IMG/VR virus record: IMGVR_UViG_3300017917_004390
Location: 29,193-93,192 of that record
Source: a virus
Reading direction: 5' to 3' (one strand)
DNA length: 64,000 bases
The position numbers were made by a program, and so were the translations under genes. Each line of letters opens with the position of its first letter. Positions within the stretch are counted from its first letter, which is position 1. Under the pieces are notes generated by a model. That model did no database searches. It was not told the origin of the DNA and saw only the letters and a list, made by a program, of their open reading frames with translations. Shown here piece by piece: positions 39,145 through 50,100 of this stretch.

Positions 39145-40716
39145 ATGATTATTACAAAAAGAAACGGAACAAAAACAGAATTTAACCCTAATAAAATTCG
39201 TAATAGAATTAAAAAACAATCAGTAAATTTAAATATTGATACTGATAAATTATTCTTTTCAGTTATGAAAGGTATAGCTGATGATATGACTACAAAACAA
39301 ATTGATGATTTGATTGCTGAAACATCAGCATCAATGACAATGATTCATCCAGATTATTCAATATTAGCTGGAAATATTTGTATTAGTAGATTACATAAAG
39401 AAACTGAAGATGACATAATGAAAGTCTATAAAAAATTATATAAAGCAGATGCTTTAGATGAAGATTTTTATGAAAATCTTAAAACTCATTATCAGGATAT
39501 TAAAGACAAACTAGATTACACCAAAGATTATGGTGTAGATTATTTTGGTTGGACTAGATTACAAGAAGTGTATTTATTAAAATTAGGTGATGAAGTTGTT
39601 GAACGACCACAACAAATGTTTATGAGGGTTGCTTTAACAATTCATAAAAAAATTGAAGATATACTTGAACTATATTATGAATTATCAAATAAATATATTT
39701 CTAAGGCTACACCTATTTTAATTAATGCTGGTACTGATGTTAAGAGTTTGATATCGTGCAACTTAACTTTTAATAAGGGCGACACTACTGAGGACTTGCT
39801 TAAAACCATTAATAATATCGCTGTTAGCTCATCAAGAGCCGAAGGTATTGGATTAGCTATGCATAATATTCGTTCTAAGGAATCATCAGTAGGTAAGGGT
39901 TCTGGTAAAGCAGGTGGATTGTTGAAATACATTAAAGTTGTTAATGAAGCACTTCGTTTTTGGAACCAAAAAGGTAAAAGACCCGGTGCAGCGGCAATTT
40001 ATCTTGAACCTTGGCATAAAGATGTTTTTGACCTTCTTGATATTAGAAAAAATACAGGTAAAGAAGAACTAAGAGCAAGAGATTTATTCAGTGCTATGTG
40101 GACCTGTGATTTATTTATGGAGGCTGTTGAGAAAGATTCTGATTGGCATCTATTCTGTCCTAATGATATTAAAAAAGCTGGATTAAGACCTTTCTATGAA
40201 TTATATGGTGAAGATTTTAAAACTGAATATAATAAAGCTGTTGAATTGGGAATCGGTAAAAAAATTAAAGCACAAGACCTTTGGTATAAAATTTGTGAAT
40301 CTCAAATTGAAACTGGTATACCTTATATTGGATTTAAAGACCATGTAAATAGAAAGTCAGCACAAAAAAATATTGGTACCATTAAAAGTTCTAATTTATG
40401 TTTAAGTGAAGATACTGTACTTGATGTTATTATTGATGAAAAAAATGAAAAAATCGATATAAAAACTTGTATTGAATTACTTAAAATAAAAGATATTTTT
40501 GTTAAATCTTATGATATTAAAACTAATACAATTGAGTATCAAAAAATAACTAACGGTGCTTTAATGTCCAAAAAAGCGGAAGTATTAGAAATTATTGATG
40601 ATGAGACTGGTAAAAAAATAATTTGCACCCCTGAACATAAAATTTTTACCAAAAATAGAGGATATGTAATGGCAAAAGATTTGTTAGAAAGTGATAATTT
40701 ATGTGTTGATTTTTAA
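39145..40716 (+). CDS. nrdA: Ribonucleotide reductase alpha subunit, N-terminal part fused to split intein N-half
   Basis: ATP cone, ERPQ, TPILINAG, SCNL, QKGKRPGA, then SSNL|CLSEDT...IICTPEHKIFT. Confidence 0.95.
   Translation: MIITKRNGTKTEFNPNKIRNRIKKQSVNLNIDTDKLFFSVMKGIADDMTTKQIDDLIAETSASMTMIHPDYSILAGNICISRLHKETEDDIMKVYKKLYKADALDEDFYENLKTHYQDIKDKLDYTKDYGVDYFGWTRLQEVYLLKLGDEVVERPQQMFMRVALTIHKKIEDILELYYELSNKYISKATPILINAGTDVKSLISCNLTFNKGDTTEDLLKTINNIAVSSSRAEGIGLAMHNIRSKESSVGKGSGKAGGLLKYIKVVNEALRFWNQKGKRPGAAAIYLEPWHKDVFDLLDIRKNTGKEELRARDLFSAMWTCDLFMEAVEKDSDWHLFCPNDIKKAGLRPFYELYGEDFKTEYNKAVELGIGKKIKAQDLWYKICESQIETGIPYIGFKDHVNRKSAQKNIGTIKSSNLCLSEDTVLDVIIDEKNEKIDIKTCIELLKIKDIFVKSYDIKTNTIEYQKITNGALMSKKAEVLEIIDDETGKKIICTPEHKIFTKNRGYVMAKDLLESDNLCVDF
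40399..40713 (+). mobile_element. Split intein N-fragment (105 aa)
   Basis: Block A CLSEDT and block B CTPEHKIFTKNRGY, followed by a stop codon. Confidence 0.9.
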
Positions 40717-40758
40717 AACAACACATAAATTTCTACTATTTACTATAAATAGTAGAAA
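40696..40758 (+). promoter_or_regulatory. Two tandem hairpins with an embedded CTATTTAC motif before the endonuclease start
   Basis: aatttatgtgttg/caacacataaatt (40696-40731) and tttctactattta/taaatagtagaaa (40730-40758). Confidence 0.65.
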
Positions 40759-41792
40759 TGGAAATACAACGCTATACTAGAATAGATTTATTATACGATA
40801 ATGAAGAATTTTTAATTAATTTTGATAATGAGTTAAAAACACATTTACAAAATACTATCATGAATAAAAAAGAATATTACCGAGCTTTAAAATTTTTATA
40901 TAATAAAAATATTAAATCTTTTAAAGATTTCACTGATAAATATTCAAATGATGGTATTTACAAAATATGGAATAATACGAATTTTATTTTTAAAGATTTA
41001 GAAACTAAATTAAAATATATGATAATACCTTTTAAAGGTAAGAAAAGACCTAAACATTCTGAAATGATGAAAATAAAAATGTTGGGTATCGATAGAGGTG
41101 ATAATTTTAGAAAAATAAAAAATGAACAAAATAAAAGTATTAATTTCAAGAAAAAATTTTTACAAAATAAAAATATTAATATTGAAAATAAAACTGATGA
41201 AGAAGTATATAATATATACTGTGAATACATATCAAAAAGAAATAAAAGTGAAGAATTTAGAATAAATAAAATTAAAAAATTTTTAAAAAATGATAAATAT
41301 AAAAATGAAGAATTATATGAATATTTCAAAAATAAATATTTAAATATTAAATTAGATAATAAAAATTATGAAGAAATATATAGTGAAATGCTTAGTTTAA
41401 TTTCAATTATTGCTATTAAAAATAACGGCAATATGGGTAAAACTAATTATTTTAAAAAGGGTTTAATTAATACTAAATATTGTTTAAATAAAAGTATTAT
41501 AAGTTTTAGAAGTTCTTGGGAAGAAAAAACTATTCAATTTTTAGAAGAAAATAAAATAAAATACGAATATGAACCGATATATTTAGTCACTGATAATCAT
41601 AGATATTATTTACCTGATTTTATATTACCGGACCTTAAAATTATGCTAGAAATAAAAGGTTTTATTAGAGGTAAAGAAGGTGAAAAGAATGAAGAATTTA
41701 AAATTAAAGCGGCAAAACGCTATTGCGAAAAAAAGGGATTAAAATTTATTTATTTAAAAAACATATTAACAAATTTAAAACAATTAAATTAA
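40758..41792 (+). CDS. Free-standing putative homing endonuclease with C-terminal PD-(D/E)xK domain
   Basis: FRSSWE...YEYEP...YLPDF...LEIKG; Lys-rich N-terminus; located between the intein halves. Confidence 0.75.
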   Translation: MEIQRYTRIDLLYDNEEFLINFDNELKTHLQNTIMNKKEYYRALKFLYNKNIKSFKDFTDKYSNDGIYKIWNNTNFIFKDLETKLKYMIIPFKGKKRPKHSEMMKIKMLGIDRGDNFRKIKNEQNKSINFKKKFLQNKNINIENKTDEEVYNIYCEYISKRNKSEEFRINKIKKFLKNDKYKNEELYEYFKNKYLNIKLDNKNYEEIYSEMLSLISIIAIKNNGNMGKTNYFKKGLINTKYCLNKSIISFRSSWEEKTIQFLEENKIKYEYEPIYLVTDNHRYYLPDFILPDLKIMLEIKGFIRGKEGEKNEEFKIKAAKRYCEKKGLKFIYLKNILTNLKQLN

Positions 41793-41793
41793 A

Positions 41794-41895
41794 ATGGGTA
41801 TAAAAATTAACAAATTAACAACAAATATTCCAGTTTATGATATAACTGTCGAAAAAAATCATAATTTCTTTGCTAATGATATATTAGTACATAAC
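41794..41895 (+). mobile_element. Split intein C-fragment (34 aa)
   Basis: Blocks F/G ending in His-Asn before Cys+1. Confidence 0.9.
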
Positions 41896-42939
41896 TGTAT
41901 AGAAATCGTACAATATTCCGACCCTGAAACAACAGCACAATGTATTCTTAGTTCATTAGTATTACAATCATTTATTAAAAATGGTAAATTTGATTTTGCT
42001 AAATTAATCGAAAGTACAAGAATTATTGTAAAGTCTTTAAATAACCTCATTGATATCAATGAATATTCAACAGTAGAAGCCCGTAAAGGAGCCTCAGAGC
42101 AACGAGCTATTGCTATTGGTGTACAAGGTCTAGCTGATGTATTTGCTATCCTTAAACTTAGTTTTACATCGGAAGAAGCTAAGAAATTAAATAAAATGAT
42201 ATTTGAAACTATTTATTTTGCAGCATTAACAGAGTCAAATAGATTAGCTAAAGAAAATGGTATTGTTTATAAATATTTCAAAGGTTCACCATATGAAGAA
42301 GGTATTTTACAATTTGATATGTGGGGGTTAACTAAAGATGATTTACTTTGTGGTTATGATTGGGATTCACTAAAAGATTCTATTAAAACATATGGGTTAG
42401 CTAATTCATTAGTTACAGGTGCAATGCCTACTGCTAGTTCAGCAATTATCATTGGTTCTAATGAATCTTTTGAACCGTTTACTTATAATATTTATACCAG
42501 AGCAGGTATTGGTGGCGAACACATTATTATCAATAAATATTTAGTAAAAGAACTATCTGAAAGAGGCTATTGGATTGATGAAATCAGAAATGAAATTATT
42601 AAAAACAAGGGTTCTATCCAAAATATTCCTGTTTTAGATGATGATATTAAAGAACGTTATAGAACAGTATTTGAAATACCACAAAAAGAACTTCTTAATA
42701 TGGCTGCGGATAGGGGTGCTTTTATTGACCAATCTCAAAGTATGAATTTATATATGTCTACACCTACGATTGGTAAGTTAACTTCATCGCATTTCTATGC
42801 ATGGAAGAAAGGACTTAAAACGGGTGTTTATTATTTAAGAACTGAGGCTGTTGATAAGAAAACAACACACTTAGCTATCGATACAACAGAAAATAAAACT
42901 TCTAACGGTGATATAGATTGTTTTGGTTGTACAGCTTAA
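41794..42939 (+). CDS. nrdA: Split intein C-half fused to ribonucleotide reductase alpha C-terminal part
   Basis: VYDITVEKNHNFFANDILVHN|CIEIVQY, then CILSS, IGVQGLAD, MPTASS, DQSQS, GLKTGVYY and terminal CFGC. Confidence 0.95.
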   Translation: MGIKINKLTTNIPVYDITVEKNHNFFANDILVHNCIEIVQYSDPETTAQCILSSLVLQSFIKNGKFDFAKLIESTRIIVKSLNNLIDINEYSTVEARKGASEQRAIAIGVQGLADVFAILKLSFTSEEAKKLNKMIFETIYFAALTESNRLAKENGIVYKYFKGSPYEEGILQFDMWGLTKDDLLCGYDWDSLKDSIKTYGLANSLVTGAMPTASSAIIIGSNESFEPFTYNIYTRAGIGGEHIIINKYLVKELSERGYWIDEIRNEIIKNKGSIQNIPVLDDDIKERYRTVFEIPQKELLNMAADRGAFIDQSQSMNLYMSTPTIGKLTSSHFYAWKKGLKTGVYYLRTEAVDKKTTHLAIDTTENKTSNGDIDCFGCTA

Positions 42940-42957
42940 ATTTAATAAAACCCCAAT

Positions 42958-42989
42958 AAAAAACCCCATCTCAAAAAGGTGGGGTTTTT
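42958..42989. terminator. Bidirectional intrinsic terminator between convergent nrdA and tail tube genes
   Basis: aaaaaccccatc-tcaaaaa-ggtggggttttt. Confidence 0.8.
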
Positions 42990-43014
42990 AATTTTAAAAT
43001 ATTGGAATGAGATA

Positions 43015-43530
43015 TTAATAGTTCAATTCAGCATAAGGGAAACGAATTGTAACTTTAATTTTTTGTACTTCATCTGAACTCATATCGTTATTACCATAAT
43101 CGACATTTGATATTTGACAATGGTACAATGTCCATTGTTGAGTTCCTATAAGTGTAGGGTCTAATGCAGATAAACGAATATTTTTCTTATAACCAGCAGC
43201 ATAACCCATACGACCTGTAAGTGGTTCAATATGTAATCTAACCCATTCTTGTACTTTTTGTGCTGTTGATGGTCCAATAACATCAAGAATTTCGAAAGTA
43301 ATAGGTTCGAAACTATATTTACCAGCAACATAATCTTCAGTATTCAAGAAATCGATTTTTACATCGTTAATCTTGATTTTAGGTCTGTCAGTCATCTGAA
43401 TTAGATACGTGACATCATTGTTTGGGCCAACCCCACTTTGCAGTGGGTTCCCATCATCAAAACTCATTTCAAACCTATTAATTAAATAGGGTTCATTGTT
43501 AATTGGTACACCTCTTAGTCCTCTTGCCAT
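43015..43530 (-). CDS. gp19: Tail tube protein (gp19-like)
   Basis: 171 aa downstream of the sheath gene; NRF, RPKI, YVAGK, VQEW and GYKKNI motifs. Confidence 0.85.
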   Translation of the reverse strand: MARGLRGVPINNEPYLINRFEMSFDDGNPLQSGVGPNNDVTYLIQMTDRPKIKINDVKIDFLNTEDYVAGKYSFEPITFEILDVIGPSTAQKVQEWVRLHIEPLTGRMGYAAGYKKNIRLSALDPTLIGTQQWTLYHCQISNVDYGNNDMSSDEVQKIKVTIRFPYAELNY

Positions 43531-43564
43531 TTTTATTTCTTTTTAATTATATATAGTAATTTTA

Positions 43565-46270
43565 TTATCTTTGTTTAACTGAGAATGTGAAACCTATTGA
43601 TTCTAATGTACCAGTTGGTGTTAATTCTACTTTGAAATAAGCTTCGTTTCTAGCTAAAGCCTCAGGAGTAGTCAAAGTACTATCAAAAGATACTGTATAA
43701 CTAACTAAACCTCTATCATTTTTAATAAGTTGAAGTTCTTTATTAGTTTCTCTAATAACACTATCAATAGTATTTTGGTCATTAGGGTCAAAGTTTAACG
43801 TAATAGCTTTAATATATGTTCTTTGTTTCGCAAACAATACTAAACGTCTAACATCAATTCTACTTAATGGAGTATCAACACCTACACCAATTGATTCTAA
43901 GGTTTTATTACCCCAAATTACAACACCATCAACACTAAATTTACGAAGAGGGTTAATATCATTTTGATATAATGTATCACAATCACCATCTTTAAAAACA
44001 GTTTTAACATCTTGCAAATTAGAAAGTTTACCACGTTTTAGACCACCAAATGATGTCCAAGCGTTATTAGTTTTATCAGATTTTGCGATAGCCTTTAAAA
44101 TTTCACCAGTAGGTGGAATCCAAACGTTGACATTATTATCAGTATCACGTTTTCTACCGTATGGAGCAAATGTACAACCAAAAGAAGTATTTAATTCAGC
44201 AGCATCTTTGTAAGATACAAGCCTTTCAGCTATAACATTTGATTTTTCATTAATACCAGAAGTACTAACATCAGGCGAATCAATAATATATAAACAATCC
44301 TCACGTACTTCTTCAACAATTCTAATAGCTTCTTTAACTAACAATGTATTATTATACCAGTCAATACCCGGTGTAGCAAACAAGTTAATTGGGAAGTTTT
44401 GAATAGTTTCAAAAGTTTCAAAACCTTCAACATAAGAATTAAAATCTGAATTAGTAAATGCATTTACACCACCTTGACCGTAAGAATCATCAGTAGTTCT
44501 TGATGTTCTATGAACATCCCAACCATCAAACCCACCAGCTGGTACTACTGTAAATTTACGCTTATTAATATCCGAGTAAACACCTGTTGAAACTGATGCA
44601 GCCTCTCTAATTTCACCTAAACCAGTTTCAAATGAACCAATAAACGCTGTTGCACTTGTGAATGAACCAGTTGCACCAGAATCTAAGTGAAACCCATTAG
44701 ATTTAGTATAAGAAGTTGTAACATTTACAGCACCATTAAAGTTAAATAAATTCTGATTGATACCTAAACCTTTTCTAGCTGCGGTTGTGTACCCTTTTTC
44801 AGATAAACCTAAATAAGTTTTACCTACTTTATCAGTTGTACTGTATGATGTTTTATAAATAATTTTAGGTGGTTTTGCTGTTGAACTACCAGTTTGAGAA
44901 CTATCAAATGAGCGTAAGTTGTACCCTTCAAAACCACAAGGAACAGCATCAATTGGTGCGTCAATATTTACTACAACATAAATATAAGATGATTTTGAAC
45001 TTTCTAAGAAAGTAGTTTCATCATCAGATAAAGAACCACCAATTCTTTTTAAAACAAAATTATTTGAATTTGGATTTAGATTACATCTTGAGAAAATTTC
45101 TAAAACCGATGGATTATCATCTGTATCATTGAAATCTCTAACTACAACATCAAATAAGTTGTTAATAACGTCAATATTTTCGATTGAAATTTTAACTAAT
45201 TTATTAGCTGAATCACCATCACTAAATAAAACGAATTTAAATAATCTAAATAATGAATTTGAACGTAACTCAGATACTAACCAAGGTGTTTCAGGTGAAG
45301 TGTATGATGAATGATAATTTGTAAATGATGTACCAGTCAGTTTAACCAACCCATTTACTTTATACATACTACCATCAGTACCAATTTTAGAAAGTAAATC
45401 CGGATAAATTGATTCAAGATACAAATTAGATTTACTATCTTTAGGGTGTGAACCTAATACATTACCGATAAATGATTTTTTTGCTGGGTCTAATGTAAAA
45501 GAAACCACTTCATTTAAAGAAGGACCGGATGCACTTAAAGTAAGTGTATTAAATGGATTACCTGATGTTGATGATACGTCACTAAGTATTAAATCATTAA
45601 TTTTAAAATTTAAATCATCACCTATATAATCGGCTCTACTTCTAATAATAGCGACAACCATATCATCATATTCACCTAATGATGTACCAGATATTGTTGT
45701 TGCTGTATAATCATAAGTACCTGAAAATGGTTTAGATACGTTATCAAAATAAGTTACATTTAAATCTATTTTAGTTCCAGTAAATGTTGAACCAGATTTG
45801 TTAAGTATAAAACCTGTACTATAAGGTCCAACACTAGTAATTGTTATACCTGATATTAAGGTAAGACTATTAGATGTAAAACTAACACTACTACCAGTAT
45901 TAATTGATGTTACACCACTTGTTACTTTATTAAGACCACCACCAACGGTGATTGCCCAACCAGTACCAGCATCATAACCTGTTTTACCTAAAACACGGCT
46001 AACATATAATTGATTACCTTCTTCAAGGAAGGGTAAAGCATAATAAGGTAGTAAATATTTATATTTATCACCTAATTTTTCAGTAGACATCCCACCAAAG
46101 TATTTTCTAAACTCAGAGTTATTACTAACTAAAATAGGTGAAAACGCTGGACCAATAGTTGTTTCACCAACTAAACCTAACGAAGTAATACCTAATGTTT
46201 GCTGAGTCACAATTTGTTCTGCCTTTTCTAAAAATTTTACGTTTGGAGATTTAAAAGTTAATTGTGCCAT
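43565..46270 (-). CDS. gp18: Contractile tail sheath protein (gp18-like)
   Basis: SPNV.F.E, GLVGET..GP, GGFDG, ATPG, WIPPTG, IWGNKTL and RIDVRRL motifs. Confidence 0.93.
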   Translation of the reverse strand: MAQLTFKSPNVKFLEKAEQIVTQQTLGITSLGLVGETTIGPAFSPILVSNNSEFRKYFGGMSTEKLGDKYKYLLPYYALPFLEEGNQLYVSRVLGKTGYDAGTGWAITVGGGLNKVTSGVTSINTGSSVSFTSNSLTLISGITITSVGPYSTGFILNKSGSTFTGTKIDLNVTYFDNVSKPFSGTYDYTATTISGTSLGEYDDMVVAIIRSRADYIGDDLNFKINDLILSDVSSTSGNPFNTLTLSASGPSLNEVVSFTLDPAKKSFIGNVLGSHPKDSKSNLYLESIYPDLLSKIGTDGSMYKVNGLVKLTGTSFTNYHSSYTSPETPWLVSELRSNSLFRLFKFVLFSDGDSANKLVKISIENIDVINNLFDVVVRDFNDTDDNPSVLEIFSRCNLNPNSNNFVLKRIGGSLSDDETTFLESSKSSYIYVVVNIDAPIDAVPCGFEGYNLRSFDSSQTGSSTAKPPKIIYKTSYSTTDKVGKTYLGLSEKGYTTAARKGLGINQNLFNFNGAVNVTTSYTKSNGFHLDSGATGSFTSATAFIGSFETGLGEIREAASVSTGVYSDINKRKFTVVPAGGFDGWDVHRTSRTTDDSYGQGGVNAFTNSDFNSYVEGFETFETIQNFPINLFATPGIDWYNNTLLVKEAIRIVEEVREDCLYIIDSPDVSTSGINEKSNVIAERLVSYKDAAELNTSFGCTFAPYGRKRDTDNNVNVWIPPTGEILKAIAKSDKTNNAWTSFGGLKRGKLSNLQDVKTVFKDGDCDTLYQNDINPLRKFSVDGVVIWGNKTLESIGVGVDTPLSRIDVRRLVLFAKQRTYIKAITLNFDPNDQNTIDSVIRETNKELQLIKNDRGLVSYTVSFDSTLTTPEALARNEAYFKVELTPTGTLESIGFTFSVKQR

Positions 46271-46325
46271 TCTTTTTAATATTTTATTATAAATAGTATT
46301 GAAGATTAAAAAAATACTAAATAGT

Positions 46326-47123
46326 TTAATTTATTTTAATACCCTTAGATAATATACTTTCAATATTATTTGTCATTTCAATAAGCTTTTTAATATCATT
46401 GCTTTTAACAGGTTCTTTTTGTGAATGTGGGTGTATATGATTAATAATAATATTATTTTGTAATTTTATTATTTCAATTAATAAATCACCAAACACTAAT
46501 GGATGTGTTAATTCTTTTATATTAGGGTCTGATGGATTTATATTTGAATTACGTGTTAATAAAAATATATCATCTGAAATGACTTTTGCTGTATTTTTTT
46601 CTAATGAAACTAAAGTAGGTTTATTATTTACATTTTTATCATTTAAGTAATTAGATATAAGACTAGTTGAATCACCGGAAAATATTAATCTTGTATTACC
46701 TCTACCCCTATATTCAGTTGTTATATTCTTTTCTAATTTATCATTATTACCTATTTGATAAAAATCGGAATCATTTAATGTAGGATTATTCAATGATTGT
46801 TTTTGTAGATAAAGTTCATTTGATAAGATAGGGCCAACCCATAAACGATTATTATCGCTTTTATTCAAATGTGATAAATCTTTAATAAACACTCTAACGG
46901 TTTCACCTATATTTAAAGGTATTTTATTATTAATACCTAATAATGGATATGCAAATGGAAGTGAATTTAATTCAATACCATTATCAATACCATCAATAAA
47001 TACTTGAATCCTACCAGTATCATTAGGGTCATCAATCTTTTTCACTACACCTTCAAAAATAAATTTTTCAAGATTTGTAGGTAAATCATTTTCTTTAATA
47101 TAATTATTGTAATTTAAACTCAT
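46326..47123 (-). CDS. Baseplate central spike (gp5/VgrG OB-fold)
   Basis: GVVKKIDDPNDTGRIQV, LPFAYP and C-terminal NHIHPH metal-binding tip. Confidence 0.75.
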   Translation of the reverse strand: MSLNYNNYIKENDLPTNLEKFIFEGVVKKIDDPNDTGRIQVFIDGIDNGIELNSLPFAYPLLGINNKIPLNIGETVRVFIKDLSHLNKSDNNRLWVGPILSNELYLQKQSLNNPTLNDSDFYQIGNNDKLEKNITTEYRGRGNTRLIFSGDSTSLISNYLNDKNVNNKPTLVSLEKNTAKVISDDIFLLTRNSNINPSDPNIKELTHPLVFGDLLIEIIKLQNNIIINHIHPHSQKEPVKSNDIKKLIEMTNNIESILSKGIKIN

Positions 47124-50100
47124 TATAATGGTATTTTTAATCTATATTTGTTACTATATGTTTCACCAGTAACTATAATTTCATTAATTGTTATATATTC
47201 TTTATGTGATAAAAGTTGATAATAATATGTATTACCGGGAATTAAAGTCGTATTAGTCCAGTCAAATGTTTCATTAAAACTATTAGTGTTATAATTATAG
47301 TTTGTTCTAGCTGAATAAATAGTAGTTCCAGTATAATATTGATTATCATAAAATTGATGTTCAAAATAACCGTTTATGTTAGGTTTAATTTGTTGATTAG
47401 TAAACCAATTTATAGTGTATGGATTACTATTTACCTCAATCAAACTATTTTCAAGATAATCATTAGTTTTTGTATAATATATATTAATAACATCACCATC
47501 AACTAAAGTAAAATTTAAAACACTAATTGCGTTATTATAAACACTAATTGTATAATCACTCCCATTAGCAAGTATTACACCATTTAAACTTAATACTATA
47601 TCATTATTAACATCAATAGTATTATCAAGATGTATATCATATCTAGTTGTTGCTGTATTATAAATAATTTTTGTACTACCAGTTGAATATACGATAGTTT
47701 CATTTATAAAACTAGTACCTATCGAACGATTTGCGGTAAGATAAGTAACTGTTAAAACATCACCATATAAGTTTGTTAAACTATTATATAAATAATAACT
47801 TTTATCTCTTAAAGATGGTATTTGAACTGTATTATCTTTAGACCATTCAATATCTTTTAATAAAGTTACGCCATTAACAGCTACCATTATATCACCCAAA
47901 GGCTGATTAGTTAATGTGAAGCCTGTGAAACCACTATTAGGTATAATAAAACTTTCAACAATCAAATTAGTATTACCACTTTGAGCTAAAGGAAAATTAA
48001 GTAATGGTTTTTCTGGATTTGAAAAAGATAAGAAATAATAATCTTTATTTTTTTCATAAATACCAAAATCCGTGTTAAGGTTATTTAAATTACTTTTTGT
48101 GGTTAAATTTAATCCAGTATAAGTATTATTATTCTTATAAAAAGTAGAAGAACTATAAGAAATATAACGGTTTAATTTAAAATCATCATAATAAGTATAA
48201 GCTGTGTTTATATTAAATGTATTTGATGATGGTAATGGTGAGTAAAAATTAAAATAAGGTTTAATAATGTACTCACTATCAGATTCTAATATATTATTTG
48301 ATATTAAATCTGTTATTTTATTATCTACATAACCACTAAGGTTTAAATTTAAACCGCTATATAAAACATTTTTATTAAAACCTGTAATAGTATTATCATA
48401 TTTAAATAATTCATAGTTGAATGTATTTGTTGTTGATGATAAAAATTCAGTATTTGATGTAAAAATAAAACTTAAAGTGTGTGCAGTATTAGTATTAAAT
48501 ATATATTTAGAACCATTAGTTAAAGATGATAAATCAATTTTAGTAGCACCACTAACATTAAATTTAGGTGTTTCAAAAACAAAACTATTTGATGAATATT
48601 TAGGTTTGATATTAACATTATTATATATCAAACTGAATACTGTATTATCAGTATTAGCTGTCAAACTACTACTCATTGAAACCATTGAAACCTCAGATTC
48701 AATAGTCTTGTATGTTTCTGATGAAACAACACATAGAGCATTGTTAGACCTTAACTCATCAAGTTGTTTTTTAGTAAATTCAGAACCATCATCAATACCA
48801 TGTTTATAAGCAAATTTTTGTCTACCAAATACTGTATTTCGTATTAGACCCCCGGTTTCACCAATAATAGTCGTTGCTGGAATAAGTTGGTCAATAAATT
48901 TAGACCAAACAATATCTATTTTATCAATATAATCTAATATTTGTCTAAAAGTTCTTTTATTTGAATCAATACCTATAATATCAATAGCATTTAGATAATC
49001 ATAATATAATTTACCTAATGTTGGGTATTGAATACCTATTTCCGATTTAATAACTTTTCTATTCTTAACATCAATAAAATTTTTGTAAACAGAATCCACA
49101 TATTGAGCAAATGTTAATCCGGTAATATCCAATTTAACATTTGGATAAGGTAATGCTCTACCTGAATAACTAACAGGAAAATCATATACTTTATTAAAGT
49201 TATAAACATCACATTCAATAGCTTTTGCTATATCAAAAGATAATGATATTTCTTTTGTATTTAGTACTAATTTAGATGAATTAACCGTATAATTAGTGTT
49301 TTTACTAATATCAGTTCTAGTTTGTGTAGATAATGTATAAACCCAAGATTTTTTATTATCAATAGTTTTATTAACATTAAAACCTAATTTCCTATAAATA
49401 TCAATATATGTTTGGCCACCATCTGTATTACCCTTACTTTGAAAATATAAATCAGTATTTTCAGAAGGAGCTTTTGGATAACCTTCAGAGTCAAATGGTA
49501 AGTCTTTATATTTAAGTTTTAATTCTGATATATTGATGCTATTTAAATCAATTTTTCCTTCTACTGTATATATGTATTCATTAAAATTAATCAAGCAATC
49601 AGGCGCACCTATGAATTTAAAAATTGTTTCTATAGCCTTTCTAGTACCTTTTGATTTTAAAAACCAAAAACTATTGATTAAAATTCTTCTCCATAATTCA
49701 ATATCAACATCAGATATTACTGTTGATATACTTTTTTCACTTTGTATAGAATCACCGAATACAGATTCAAATAAATCGTTTTCATCTACAATACTAAAAG
49801 TTTCCCAACCTAGAGTATTACCAAGATTTTTAACTAATAAATCTGGTACATTATCTATTTTATCATATGATAATCTATTAATATATGAAACTGAATCTAT
49901 GAATTTATTAACTTCATCTATTTCATTTCCGTATATTCTCAAAACCTTTTCAATTTTATTATTTGATGTTCTATCAAAGTCTAAAATACTTTTAGGTATT
50001 AATTTTCTTAAAATTAAATCTGATTTAATAGTATCATAATTATCACAGGCATCAAATAATTCATCAATATATAAATTATACCTATTTGTTATAACATCTA

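Noticed and set aside
40399-41895. Group I intron or sequencing frameshift in nrdA
   Set aside because: Both halves carry clear intein blocks, with their own stop and start codons and an intact ORF between them.
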